DNA from: a virus
Taxonomy: Duplodnaviria; Caudoviricetes
Strand: one strand, 5' to 3'
IMG/VR virus record: IMGVR_UViG_3300025000_000055
DNA: 64,000 nt
Below are positions 39,390 through 49,708 of this stretch, in pieces; position 1 is the stretch's first letter; each line of letters opens with the position of its first letter. The notes below the pieces were generated by a model that was given only the letters and a program-made list of their open reading frames with translations, had not been told where the DNA came from and made no database searches. The position numbers and the translations under genes are program-made.

Positions 39390-39950
39390 TTATGAGAAAA
39401 TAGTTCTAGTTTTATTATTTTTAATTCTTTCTCGCCAAAATTTACGGTCAAAACATTCTTCCATTAATAAATTTGCTATATTATTAGCAAATATTTCTTC
39501 AGGATCTGTCTCATGTACATCATCGGATGTTTTTAATTCAATATTTTCATAAAATTCTTGAAGAGTTAACTTAAATTTTTCTTTAACCCAGTTTTGTCTA
39601 GATAAATTAAAATACCAACAAAGTATTCTATTATTTAAGACAGCATGGTGGGCTAATTCATGTAATAATAACCACATTATACTGTTAGTATGTTCATGTT
39701 TATCAATGAATATAAATATTTCATTAGTAATTGGTTGATAAAAAGCTCGAAATGCATTATCACCAGGATATTTTCTATTTTTATAGTAGGGATCTCTTTC
39801 AAAAAAGAATTTCTTATATTTTGAATTTATAATAAAAACATTGACATCTATTTCTTCTCCCCAAAATTTATCTGAGTTAAGTTGATCAAATTCTTTTTTA
39901 ATACCATTGACATCTATACCAATGACATCAAAATCAACAAAGTTTATCAT
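39390..39950 (-). CDS. HExxH metallopeptidase-like (ImmA/IrrE-type), paralog A
   Basis: LLHELAHHAV...PEEIFANNIA. Confidence 0.65.
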   Translation of the reverse strand: MINFVDFDVIGIDVNGIKKEFDQLNSDKFWGEEIDVNVFIINSKYKKFFFERDPYYKNRKYPGDNAFRAFYQPITNEIFIFIDKHEHTNSIMWLLLHELAHHAVLNNRILCWYFNLSRQNWVKEKFKLTLQEFYENIELKTSDDVHETDPEEIFANNIANLLMEECFDRKFWRERIKNNKTRTIFS

Positions 39951-39993
39951 ATTATTTTACCCCCCCATTATTTATAATTAAAAAGGTACCTTA

Positions 39994-40638
39994 TTAAGTT
40001 AAATATTTTATTAGTGTATATTTCATCATAAATTTCTTAATATTCTCAATATAATAATTTATAAATTTTTTTATAATACCTTTTTTCTTATTCCATTCCA
40101 TCTCATAATTAAGATATTCTTTCATTAATAAATCGGCCACATCATTAGCAAATTTTTCTTCAGGGTTGTCTTCATGTATACCTTTAGCTGAACACATCTC
40201 ATTATTTTTATAATAATCAAAAAAATCTATATTAAACCTTTCTTTAATCCATTTAATTTGAAACAAAGTAAAATACATATGTAGTATTTTACTATTATCT
40301 ATAGCAAGATGTGTTAATTCATGAAATATTGTCCAAAGTATAATTTCTTTATTAAAATTTTCATTTATAAATAATACTATTTCCTCATGTGTTGGTACAC
40401 AAAAACCATTAACATGATCAACAACAGTATAGTTTCCTGTACTATAACATAAATGGTTATGAAATATCGTTTTATATTTTATATTTATTAAACAAATACG
40501 AGCATCTATTTCCTTACCAAATACTAAATCAGAATTTATATTATTAATTATTTCAATAATATATTCTAAATCATCATGGTTAACATCAAAATTAAAAAAT
40601 TCTATCATTTTATTTTTTCTCCTTTTTTTAAATCTCAT
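39994..40638 (-). CDS. HExxH metallopeptidase-like (ImmA/IrrE-type), paralog B
   Basis: IFHELTHLAI...PEEKFANDVA; alignable with paralog A. Confidence 0.65.
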   Translation of the reverse strand: MRFKKRRKNKMIEFFNFDVNHDDLEYIIEIINNINSDLVFGKEIDARICLINIKYKTIFHNHLCYSTGNYTVVDHVNGFCVPTHEEIVLFINENFNKEIILWTIFHELTHLAIDNSKILHMYFTLFQIKWIKERFNIDFFDYYKNNEMCSAKGIHEDNPEEKFANDVADLLMKEYLNYEMEWNKKKGIIKKFINYYIENIKKFMMKYTLIKYLT

Positions 40639-40806
40639 CTTGCAAATGTATATTCATTTGTTTTACAATCTCCATATTAGGATGCAACACTTCATCCAAT
40701 CTTTAATACTGATTTTTCTTAACTATCTTTTCTATTTATTATAATAAAGTTTAAAAGAAAATAAATAATAAATCAGAGATAATATTATCTCTGATTTATT
40801 ATATTC

Positions 40807-41124
40807 TTAATGTAATTCTTCAAACTTTTCGTCATAATATAAATTAAAATTTTTATCTCCACATTGTAAAGAATAACAAAAAGTTTCATCTATTATACCT
40901 TCAAACTTACAACTGTATAACTCGTTTTCATATATCATAGTAGCTTCTACAATAATATTATTATCAATTATAAGAGGTTCAAAATACCTTTTTGGTAATA
41001 AAATAGTAATATATTCCCTAGGTAAATCAACAAACTCAATTTCATAATCAACATCACTATGTGTATCAGATGAAGGATATTTACCTACTACGTTCTCAAC
41101 TGAAATAACTCTTAACTGTTTCAT
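40807..41124 (-). CDS. hypothetical protein (105 aa)
   Basis: GTGGGA SD, operon context. Confidence 0.7.
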   Translation of the reverse strand: MKQLRVISVENVVGKYPSSDTHSDVDYEIEFVDLPREYITILLPKRYFEPLIIDNNIIVEATMIYENELYSCKFEGIIDETFCYSLQCGDKNFNLYYDEKFEELH

Positions 41125-41149
41125 AATTCATCCCACTTTTATTTTTTTA

Positions 41150-41950
41150 TTAAAATGATGAGCAGCCTTTATAATATTTTTTAAATAAAAAGGTCTTATC
41201 AGGAAATAATTTATTAAGTTTTTCTAATAAAAGAGCGTTCTTGCATCTAAATCTATTTTTATATAAAGATGATAAATCATTATCAATAAAGTCATTCATT
41301 GATAGAAATATTATATTACAATTAGTTTTCTTAAGTTTTTCTTTAATTAACCATTCAATAGCTTCCTTTATGTTATTATCATCTTTCCAGTAATTTCTAG
41401 AAACAGATTTAAATTGCCACATTTTAAATCTCTCCGGATAAGCTTTATTTATAGCTTTAAATGGAGAACCACCAAATAAATCTAAAACTGTTGATACCTT
41501 ATTATTGTCAAACATATCTGAACTTATATTTACAATACAACCATCATTACTACATTTCAATTTTGTCTCAACCAACCATCTAATAGCCTTAATTATATTG
41601 TCATCATTGTCCCAATAATTATGTGGGACTGACTTAACTGAATCTATTTCCCATGGTTTAAATTTATCAGGATACGCACTATTAATAGTATTAAACACAG
41701 ATTGATTGTGAATAATTTTAAGAACTTGGTTAAGACCATACTCAATAAGTACATTTCTATTTATTTTCTTACACAATTCCTTATCATTCCATCCTAATAA
41801 ATCATCAATTAAAAATTTTACCAGAGTATTACCAATGATTATATTTTCCTCATCACTATTTACCCAAAAGCCTTTTGGGAATATTTTTCTATTTTTACCG
41901 GCTAAAACTTGCTTATAAATTTTAATTACTTCTGATTCATTCACTCCCAT
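41150..41950 (-). CDS. DUF4046-like repeat protein
   Basis: IYKQVLAG..FPKGFW; repeated AYP.KFK.W...VP.NYW...AI.WL.E units. Confidence 0.7.
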   Translation of the reverse strand: MGVNESEVIKIYKQVLAGKNRKIFPKGFWVNSDEENIIIGNTLVKFLIDDLLGWNDKELCKKINRNVLIEYGLNQVLKIIHNQSVFNTINSAYPDKFKPWEIDSVKSVPHNYWDNDDNIIKAIRWLVETKLKCSNDGCIVNISSDMFDNNKVSTVLDLFGGSPFKAINKAYPERFKMWQFKSVSRNYWKDDNNIKEAIEWLIKEKLKKTNCNIIFLSMNDFIDNDLSSLYKNRFRCKNALLLEKLNKLFPDKTFLFKKYYKGCSSF

Positions 41951-42007
41951 CTTTCCAACCCCTTTTATTATTATTCATTCTATATAATAATATATAAATA
42001 AATTTTA

Positions 42008-43084
42008 TTATTCTTTTTTCTTAGATAAATTGCCACCACTCGTTAATTCTAATAATTGGATTGGATATTGTGTAAAATATTTATCATTTAAATTTCTTAA
42101 AGATAGATTATCGAATTTGTCAATTATTTGTTCAGTTACACTATATATATCTTTCAATGTTAATGCTTTAAATTGACTACCTAAATTAGTTGTATAATAA
42201 TTATTTAATAAATGATTTTTAAATTCTTTTTTAATAATATTAGAAAGAATATTTATACTATTAGTGTTATTATTAATAACCCCTTGTTTAATAGCTTTAT
42301 CTAAAGTTTTTATAATAGTTAATAAACCTAAATTTTTAATTTTTTCTATGTTTCGATATTTATCACCTAATATAGATTTAATAAATGGATATAAACTTGA
42401 ATCTATTTCTATATTATTTATTATTTTATCTTCATATTTTATTATTTCAATAAGATTATCTTTACCTATTATATAACTGTCTTGTTTCTTGGGATGTATT
42501 ATATAAAAATTATTATTAACATATTGGTATTCATACTTATCATTGGACAGAATAAGATTTATTGAACTATCCTTAAAGTTTTTTGTTATTATATATGGTA
42601 TTAATGAACTTTCAATATTATTACTTTTAATAAAATAAACCCCTTCTATATAATCAGTAATAACTGATAATAAAGGAATTATAGTTGATAAAGTTTGAGA
42701 TAAAACAAATGTTTTAGGATTATTACCATATTTATCCTCATAATATTTTCTATAGTTTTCATTCATTGCTCTGTTTTTATATGTATTTTTTATTATTGGA
42801 TATGAAATGTATATATAAATCTTAGAGTATAATTTATTCTTTGAAAAAAATGATCTATAATGAGATGCTAAATTTAAGATATTACTCATCAATTCAATTG
42901 AACGCTCATCTTTTTTTACTTTTAAATAATCCTCTATATTAGCAGTTACTAATTTTTTTAAGATAGGTTCAAAGTTTATAAATAAATTTATTGTAGAATT
43001 TGGTGTTATTTCTTTACAATTATTTGTAAGTAGCTCATCTAATAATTTAAATCTTATTTTAAATAAGTTAAATATAATTTCCAT
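42008..43084 (-). CDS. 5'-3' exonuclease/flap-endonuclease-like protein (divergent)
   Basis: ILGDKYRNIEKIKNLGLLT H3TH-like motif; LILSND. Confidence 0.55.
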   Translation of the reverse strand: MEIIFNLFKIRFKLLDELLTNNCKEITPNSTINLFINFEPILKKLVTANIEDYLKVKKDERSIELMSNILNLASHYRSFFSKNKLYSKIYIYISYPIIKNTYKNRAMNENYRKYYEDKYGNNPKTFVLSQTLSTIIPLLSVITDYIEGVYFIKSNNIESSLIPYIITKNFKDSSINLILSNDKYEYQYVNNNFYIIHPKKQDSYIIGKDNLIEIIKYEDKIINNIEIDSSLYPFIKSILGDKYRNIEKIKNLGLLTIIKTLDKAIKQGVINNNTNSINILSNIIKKEFKNHLLNNYYTTNLGSQFKALTLKDIYSVTEQIIDKFDNLSLRNLNDKYFTQYPIQLLELTSGGNLSKKKE

Positions 43085-43091
43085 TAATTTA

Positions 43092-43451
43092 TCACACCTT
43101 TATATTAATTATTAATCTGCCTTTAAATTTTGAATTATCTGATATAGTAAATCTTTTTCTTTTTTTATCAATTGCTTTTTCTAATGCTTCCAATGTTCCA
43201 TAGTCACATTCTAATAAAATATCAATTAAACTATTAGCTTCATCATCAGATAAACTTATACCTTTACCAATACGATTATTACTCATATTTATATTACGAA
43301 CGTCTAATGTTGTAGGGTTACTATCCCATGTTATTTTAGCAATAGCTTTACACCAATCATGTTTACTACTTTCTTTAATAACCCCTAAAACTTCTTCTAT
43401 CGTGAATTTAAAATCTTCATTTGGTTTTTTTCTTTTTTTACTTTTAGTCAT
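43092..43451 (-). CDS. PC4/YdbC-like ssDNA-binding protein
   Basis: FTIEEVLGVI..W.K....ITW....TLDVR.....RIGKGISLSDDE. Confidence 0.75.
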   Translation of the reverse strand: MTKSKKRKKPNEDFKFTIEEVLGVIKESSKHDWCKAIAKITWDSNPTTLDVRNINMSNNRIGKGISLSDDEANSLIDILLECDYGTLEALEKAIDKKRKRFTISDNSKFKGRLIINIKV

Positions 43452-43493
43452 TTATTTTATATCCCCTTTTTTAAATATTAATAAAAAAATAAA

Positions 43494-43528
43494 ATATTGG
43501 AATACACTTTTTAGGTGTATTCCAATAT
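43494..43528 (-). terminator. hairpin terminator
   Basis: ATATTGGAATACAC..GTGTATTCCAATAT. Confidence 0.65.
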
Positions 43529-43530
43529 GA

Positions 43531-44112
43531 TTAATTGTCAATGTTATTTACGATACTGGAATATTTGTCATTCGCATCATCGTCTTTACTGAAAAATTTG
43601 TTGGTTTTAATAACTGTGAGAATTGATTTATTTTTCTTTAACTTAACTACCTCGGGAATGCTAATTGCATGTATCCTATTGTCAACTGCAAACATTAGTC
43701 CCAGCACTTTAAAAATATTACACTCCGAATAAACAATTCTTTCACGAACATCTGAACCAATTTTAAATTCTTTGGTAACAGAGTATAAAGCATTTTTTAA
43801 TTTATCACTAACTCTATAATTACCAGAATCCATTTTTCTTCTTAACTGTTCAGGAACATTCTTTAATTCGGAGTCAACATCAGCAGAATTCATATGGAAC
43901 ATAGCATAAACTTTCATTTCCGGTTTAGCTGAACCATCCCTTGTAGCAACTGCTCTAATTGCTGCAACACCATCAATCTTTCTTAGATCTCTAAAATAAT
44001 TAAATAAAAAGTTTTCAATATCTTCTGACATAACATTATAAATCACACCGATAGGTTCAACTTCCACCGACCTATCCAATAAACCAATTTTTTTTTGTTC
44101 TCCATTACTCAT
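43531..44112 (-). CDS. hypothetical protein (193 aa), probably highly expressed
   Basis: AGGAGG SD; both motifs upstream (AACA-N6-TA 44138-44149, TATATTAT 44183-44190). Confidence 0.75.
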   Translation of the reverse strand: MSNGEQKKIGLLDRSVEVEPIGVIYNVMSEDIENFLFNYFRDLRKIDGVAAIRAVATRDGSAKPEMKVYAMFHMNSADVDSELKNVPEQLRRKMDSGNYRVSDKLKNALYSVTKEFKIGSDVRERIVYSECNIFKVLGLMFAVDNRIHAISIPEVVKLKKNKSILTVIKTNKFFSKDDDANDKYSSIVNNIDN

Positions 44113-44201
44113 GTAATCTCTACCTCCTAAATTTATTTATTTTTTTGTTTAATTAGATATAAAAATCTATTTAGATATTTTAATAATATATAATTAAAAT
44201 A

Positions 44202-45086
44202 TCAATTTAATTTCTTCACTGTTTGATAATCATTTAACATGATTCTATAAATTTTATTAGACCATTTAACACTAGAAGAATATTTTGTATTTATTTGTTC
44301 AACGGTCTTTAAGTTTTTTCCTATATAATATTTTTTAATTAATTTTGCAAAACTATATACACTTTCAGATTTACTTTTAAAAGTAAATGCCTTATTATAA
44401 GGGTCGTTGTCTACAGCATTTAAACCAAATAAATTATTTTTATTTCTTGCAATTTGTGAATTACCATCACCACTTTCTAATCTAGCTACAGCTAATATAA
44501 AAAAGGCGTTTATTTCATATTGTTGCTCAGCCTTTAAAATAGCTTCTTCAATTCCTACTAATTTTGTTTTAGATAAAAGCTTTTTTAAATCTTCTATATG
44601 TAAATTAGATTTTGAATTTACTATACTTATAGGTCTTCTTATAAATAAACTACGAGAAACATTTTTTTGTTTTCTAATAAAATTATCTTCATTAACAATT
44701 TTTAAATAATTTTTATTAACGAATTCATTATCTTTCGTTTTATACCAATCATCAATTTTATCTATTATTTCTATAAAGTCATTTTTATATAACATACCAA
44801 TACATTCAGAATTTACATTATTTGATTTCCTTATATTTAATGTATTACTAGTAATAATATAATATTCCGATTCCTTTCGATTATTCCCTTCTGGTTTTTT
44901 AATATTATTTTCTTTATTTCGTTTGTACTGCTCTTCTTGAATTTGAATAGGTTTACTTGAGTTTCCTTTATTCTTTTTTTTAATTTCTTCTGTAGTTTGG
45001 TTAATAAGATGATTAAAAAATATTGTAGTTACTAATGCTGAAATAATAAATAAAAATAAATAAATAGTAATTTTGTTTTTTGACAT
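44202..45086 (-). CDS. glucosaminidase (GH73-like) with SH3b domain and N-terminal transmembrane segment; candidate endolysin
   Basis: AEQQYEINAFFILAVARLESG..NKNNLFGLNA; LNIRKSNN SH3b; hydrophobic residues 6-26; late-type promoter 45106-45117. Confidence 0.8.
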   Translation of the reverse strand: MSKNKITIYLFLFIISALVTTIFFNHLINQTTEEIKKKNKGNSSKPIQIQEEQYKRNKENNIKKPEGNNRKESEYYIITSNTLNIRKSNNVNSECIGMLYKNDFIEIIDKIDDWYKTKDNEFVNKNYLKIVNEDNFIRKQKNVSRSLFIRRPISIVNSKSNLHIEDLKKLLSKTKLVGIEEAILKAEQQYEINAFFILAVARLESGDGNSQIARNKNNLFGLNAVDNDPYNKAFTFKSKSESVYSFAKLIKKYYIGKNLKTVEQINTKYSSSVKWSNKIYRIMLNDYQTVKKLN

Positions 45087-45140
45087 ATTTTTTACCCCCT
45101 TAAATTATAATAATGTTTTATATATGATAAAAAGCTATTA

Positions 45141-45181
45141 ATTATGAGATAATCCTCTATAATAGAGGATTATCTCATAAT
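45141..45181 (-). terminator. 20-bp stem palindrome
   Basis: ATTATGAGATAATCCTCTAT-A-ATAGAGGATTATCTCATAAT. Confidence 0.7.
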
Positions 45182-45184
45182 ATT

Positions 45185-47104
45185 TTATGAAAACATAATT
45201 ATTTTAAATAGTTTCTTTACACCTAATATAGACTTTGTATCTATATTATAAACAAATTTATCATATCCACCATTTTCAAAGTATTTAGTAAAATCAAAAC
45301 TTTTTTCATTCTTTTGTACTTCTTTTAAATAAGTCTTAAAATCATTAATTGCAAACGCTCTAGCTTTTTGAGCATCTTTTAGTTTTTCATTATCAATATT
45401 TTTTTTCTTATATATCACATCTCTTTCTATAGAATTTATTAAAGCAAATAAATAAGCTAAATTATGTTTCATTGCTTCATAATTTTTAGATTTAAAGTTT
45501 TCAATTAATAACTTATGATTTTCTGAATAATCATCCATATAAGATTTCCTTGGTTTAAAATAAAATTTGATACCATCTTCATCTACAGAAATACCTTCAG
45601 TTAATATTTTATTTTTATATGAATTATCAAGACCTTGTTTATTCATATACACAATCGTCATATCCATAGGTTTTAAATCTTTAACAATACATGTTACTAG
45701 GGAATATATATTAATATCTACAGATGAATCATGTAATTTTATTAAAATAATCTCATTATTATCAATTTTATTTTTAGCTAATAAATATAAACGGTTTTCA
45801 CCTATACCATAATATATTATATCACCATTTATATCTATGGAATTATATATCCCTGTAAATATATCTTTTAATTTATTTATAAATAATAAATCCATACTAT
45901 CTAACTTTAGTGTATAATTTTTATCATAGTATTTAATAAATTTTGGATTTAAGGAACCTTCTAGATAACCTATTATAGATAAAATTTCTTTATTATGTCT
46001 TGGTATTTCTTGTAAGAAGAATTCTCTCATATCATTAAAAAAGTTAATACCTAATGAAAGATTAAATTTAGTTGCAGCAGACCGAGATAAATCTTTTAAT
46101 TCAACCGATTTTTTCCTAAGAAATTCTTCAGTATTTTTCATATTTAAATTTAAAAATTGCTCATAATCTATATCTCTATTATCACTAGAAACATAAAGAT
46201 TTTTATAAGCACATCTTAAATTTTTATCATCAATAAAATCTTTTAATAAAGAATTTAAAATTTCAATTTGATTTATTGAATTTTTTGACACATTATTAAC
46301 ACCAATTTCAATAATTACTTTTAATCCATCAATGTATAATAAATAAATACGTCTTATAACTAAAAAGAAATTATCTGAATTTTGTATTAACATATCTTTT
46401 AATAATGATAAATATTTCTCATTTTCTTCAATATTGTTTTCATTATCAATCATATAACAAAAATCATCAATCATACTTTTTTGTAATCTGATTGATTCAA
46501 TATGATTAAACCCTTTTCCTCCTATAAATAATATATATTCAAATCCTCTTTCATATAATATTTTTTCAATAAAATTATTTAAACTTTGTATAATATATAT
46601 CGCATCATCTTTTAATGAACTAACTATAATATCATTTATAAAAGGTTTATATAAATTTTCATAGAATTTTTTTTCAAAATCATAAAATTCATCTAATGAT
46701 GATGGTATAAATGTATTTAGTTCTTTTATCATTTGTTTAAAATAATTATTTGTTGAAGTATAATTTAAAAATTCCTCAGGTAACTCAATATCAGTTAATG
46801 AACATTCATCAGATGAGTAATTAACATATTCTTTTATTATACTTTTATCAGCTAATTTATAAAAAGGGTTCTTTTCACTAATATTTATTTTTAAACCGTA
46901 AGTTTTAGCTTTTTTATTTATATTATTAGCTAATAATAGTTTTTTAGATGCAGGACAATATCTAAAGAATCTAATAGCTTGAAGTATATGTTCCTCATCA
47001 ATTAATGGGAATTTTCTATCTTCAGGTAATCCAAAATCTTCCGAATATAGGTTTTTTCGGTCCTTAGATTTTAATTTAGTTTCTAACAATATATTAAAGT
47101 CCAA
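45185..47104 (-). CDS. probable head protein with a jumbo-phage FGLP..RKFPL..E.H...AIRFF domain (DUF6582-like)
   Basis: Motif recognised by eye; ILLE/T, IIKE/Y and ILTE/G linkers; late-type promoter 47134-47145. Confidence 0.55.
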   Translation of the reverse strand: MDFNILLETKLKSKDRKNLYSEDFGLPEDRKFPLIDEEHILQAIRFFRYCPASKKLLLANNINKKAKTYGLKINISEKNPFYKLADKSIIKEYVNYSSDECSLTDIELPEEFLNYTSTNNYFKQMIKELNTFIPSSLDEFYDFEKKFYENLYKPFINDIIVSSLKDDAIYIIQSLNNFIEKILYERGFEYILFIGGKGFNHIESIRLQKSMIDDFCYMIDNENNIEENEKYLSLLKDMLIQNSDNFFLVIRRIYLLYIDGLKVIIEIGVNNVSKNSINQIEILNSLLKDFIDDKNLRCAYKNLYVSSDNRDIDYEQFLNLNMKNTEEFLRKKSVELKDLSRSAATKFNLSLGINFFNDMREFFLQEIPRHNKEILSIIGYLEGSLNPKFIKYYDKNYTLKLDSMDLLFINKLKDIFTGIYNSIDINGDIIYYGIGENRLYLLAKNKIDNNEIILIKLHDSSVDINIYSLVTCIVKDLKPMDMTIVYMNKQGLDNSYKNKILTEGISVDEDGIKFYFKPRKSYMDDYSENHKLLIENFKSKNYEAMKHNLAYLFALINSIERDVIYKKKNIDNEKLKDAQKARAFAINDFKTYLKEVQKNEKSFDFTKYFENGGYDKFVYNIDTKSILGVKKLFKIIMFS

Positions 47105-47222
47105 TATATTTCACTCCTTTATATTTGTCACTTTAAATAATTGTTTTTATTTAATTAAAATTTCAAATATATATTATTAGAGTGAAAATAAATATTAATA
47201 AAATAGATGGGGGTAATTTAAA

Positions 47223-47519
47223 ATGAAAACTAGTAAACTTTGGACTAATGAAATAGGAGAAAAAATTAATAATGTGTTATCTTTAAAATTTAGAAGATAT
47301 ATAAAAAGAATTAGGGAAGATAACGGATATGTTATCGACCAATCTTTAAACTGTGTAGTGAGAATTTTTGGTATTGTTTTATGTAAGGATGGGAATTTTT
47401 ATCCAGTAATGAAGGATAATAAAATTTCTTTTAATAAATTATCTCGTAAAAATACTGTTATGTATATACTAAGTTTGAAGTGTGAACCATCTGAAGTTTT
47501 AGCAACTTATGAACTTTAG
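47223..47519 (+). CDS. hypothetical early-type protein (98 aa)
   Basis: GGGGG SD; TATATTAT 47170-47177. Confidence 0.7.
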   Translation: MKTSKLWTNEIGEKINNVLSLKFRRYIKRIREDNGYVIDQSLNCVVRIFGIVLCKDGNFYPVMKDNKISFNKLSRKNTVMYILSLKCEPSEVLATYEL

Positions 47520-47597
47520 TTTTAATGATTAAAGAGTTAGTTTTTAACTAACTCTTTAATTTTTTATAAAATAAATTATTTTAAGGAGGTTTTAAAT

Positions 47598-48521
47598 ATG
47601 AAAATTTTATTGGTTGACACTAGTAGTAAGTTTATTGAAATAAATGCTTATTTAGCTACAAAGACTAAATATGAGCAGTTAATATTTCATCAGATTGGTA
47701 ATTTAGGTTCTTTAAAAAGTATAAAGAACTTTAACACTAAAAACTTCTTTGTTGCTGTAACAGATAATGATTATAATGACGGTTCTGGAATACAAAATCA
47801 AAAATTCTTTCACGATGGTTTAATGAAAACTGAATGTGTTGCTTTATTTAAGGAAAATTATTTTCCTAAAGAACCATGTCTTATTCATATTTTTCCAAAT
47901 AATATGTTTTTTAGAAGTCCTGGGCAAGCATGTGGAATTTCAAAACATATTGCTGATGCAACAAAGGAATTTGCTGAATTAAAAGCACAACAAAATAAAC
48001 TTATTGTTGGAGGTGGTTTCGTAGATGAAAGTTATGTATATAGAGAATTTATACCTCAACATAGAGTAAGTCAACAATTTAGTATGAAATTTGTTTCAAA
48101 GGAATGTGACAGTAGATTATTTAATACCGAAAATGTTTTATGGTATGCAAGTAGTTGTTGTGACCGATTAAAATATGGTTATACAAAGAAGGATATTGTT
48201 GAATTTGATTTAAAATGGGTGAATCAAATGATAGACAAATTAATTACAATGAAAAATACTGATACTAGTATAGTTCCAACATTAGAAGGTGAGTGGGTCC
48301 CTGCTATTATATATCTTGGTAATGATGGTCATTATACAATAACTAATGTTGATGGTAAATTTCTTCCAATAAAAACATTCCATCATTTATTACGAAAATG
48401 GTTTGAAAAAGGTGGGGACTTACCAAATAAACATTTTTGGGAACAAGCATTACCTCAAATAATAAATAGTAAGCCAGTACGAGCTATATTTAATAAACAT
48501 TTACAAGGAACTGTTATTTAA
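47598..48521 (+). CDS. hypothetical protein (307 aa)
   Basis: AAGGAGG SD; flanked by hairpins; no motif recognised. Confidence 0.8.
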   Translation: MKILLVDTSSKFIEINAYLATKTKYEQLIFHQIGNLGSLKSIKNFNTKNFFVAVTDNDYNDGSGIQNQKFFHDGLMKTECVALFKENYFPKEPCLIHIFPNNMFFRSPGQACGISKHIADATKEFAELKAQQNKLIVGGGFVDESYVYREFIPQHRVSQQFSMKFVSKECDSRLFNTENVLWYASSCCDRLKYGYTKKDIVEFDLKWVNQMIDKLITMKNTDTSIVPTLEGEWVPAIIYLGNDGHYTITNVDGKFLPIKTFHHLLRKWFEKGGDLPNKHFWEQALPQIINSKPVRAIFNKHLQGTVI

Positions 48522-48710
48522 AAAAATATAAAATAAATAGAGATTTTTAGTCTCTATTTATTTTTTTATGTTCCTTTTATTTTTTAGTATAGTTAATACT
48601 ACTAAATATATATTATATTAGTAAGATAATCAGTAATTTTACCCACCGATTTAGGGTTATAATATAATCGGGATACATATAAAATTATGTATATAAGGAG
48701 GTGATAAAGA

Positions 48711-49040
48711 ATGAAACCACAGCGAGGATTTACAGAATTAGTTAAATGGGATTGTTATGAAGGGACTTTGGGATGTAGATACCTAATCGGATACCGACCC
48801 TTGATTGTAGAAACCGTTACCAATTACACATTTATTATTGGTCATAGCGAATTGACTTTCTTAATAAGTCGGTTTCGACCACATCAAATCCAACAGGGCG
48901 GTGAACACTTTTTGAACCAGTTATTCGAACCAGCTATTGAAAAAAGTCTCAATACAAGGAAAGGAGGCTTTCTAGGTCTGTTTTTCATAACATTCCTAAA
49001 AACTTTAATGAAACCTCAAGTGGTTTCATTTATAAAATAA
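48711..49040 (+). CDS. hypothetical protein (109 aa) within a highly structured, GC-richer transcript
   Basis: AAGGAGGTG SD and TATATTAT 48609-48616, but atypical codon use and many RNA stems. Confidence 0.45.
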   Translation: MKPQRGFTELVKWDCYEGTLGCRYLIGYRPLIVETVTNYTFIIGHSELTFLISRFRPHQIQQGGEHFLNQLFEPAIEKSLNTRKGGFLGLFFITFLKTLMKPQVVSFIK

Positions 49041-49159
49041 AAAAAATATTATTATGGGTTTTTTAAAAAATGGAGATGGGTTAACCCCCATTTCTATTTT
49101 TTTATAAATAAAAAAATATAATGTAATGGTATTTAATCCATTACATTATATTTTATAGA

Positions 49160-49708
49160 TTATTCATTTACTTTATGTTTTTTTCCTTTTGGACATCTGC
49201 TCTTTGCTTTTAATAGTTTATGAGCTTCTTTGCGAATACTGATTTTTTGCCCATCTTGAATGTTCGTATATTGACCAACAAATTCAGAAACATCCTTCAG
49301 AACAATTGAACCGTTGAAATCTTCTTTAGGAATAAAGTCAAACTTCCTACCGGCATCGACATATTTATAAATGAGTTCAGAGCATACTTCATACAAACCA
49401 TCAGTATTTCTGAATTCATACGACTCAACAATACGCTGAGCTTCCTGTTTATCAACACCGAAGTCAAGTAAAATTGTTTTAATCATATTACGGAACAGTT
49501 GTACTGGAAATACTTCTTTAGTTACAAGTTCATTACCTTTGGTTGAAACACTTTCAACCTTATAGTCGATTTCATTCAAAAATGCTTTGGTTAATTTGTC
49601 GAAGTCACCACGACTAAATGAAACAATAGGTTTACCCTTTTTAGATAAGGTAATACCATTTTTAATTTCTTCAAATACCTCTGTAAAACTTTTAGTCACT
49701 TTTGCCAT
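49160..49708 (-). CDS. abundant basic protein, possibly HU-like DNA-condensing
   Basis: GGAGG SD; biased codon use; basic C-terminal arm FDF..GSI.L..GQ..I.I....H..LKAKS loosely HU-like. Confidence 0.45.
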   Translation of the reverse strand: MAKVTKSFTEVFEEIKNGITLSKKGKPIVSFSRGDFDKLTKAFLNEIDYKVESVSTKGNELVTKEVFPVQLFRNMIKTILLDFGVDKQEAQRIVESYEFRNTDGLYEVCSELIYKYVDAGRKFDFIPKEDFNGSIVLKDVSEFVGQYTNIQDGQKISIRKEAHKLLKAKSRCPKGKKHKVNE

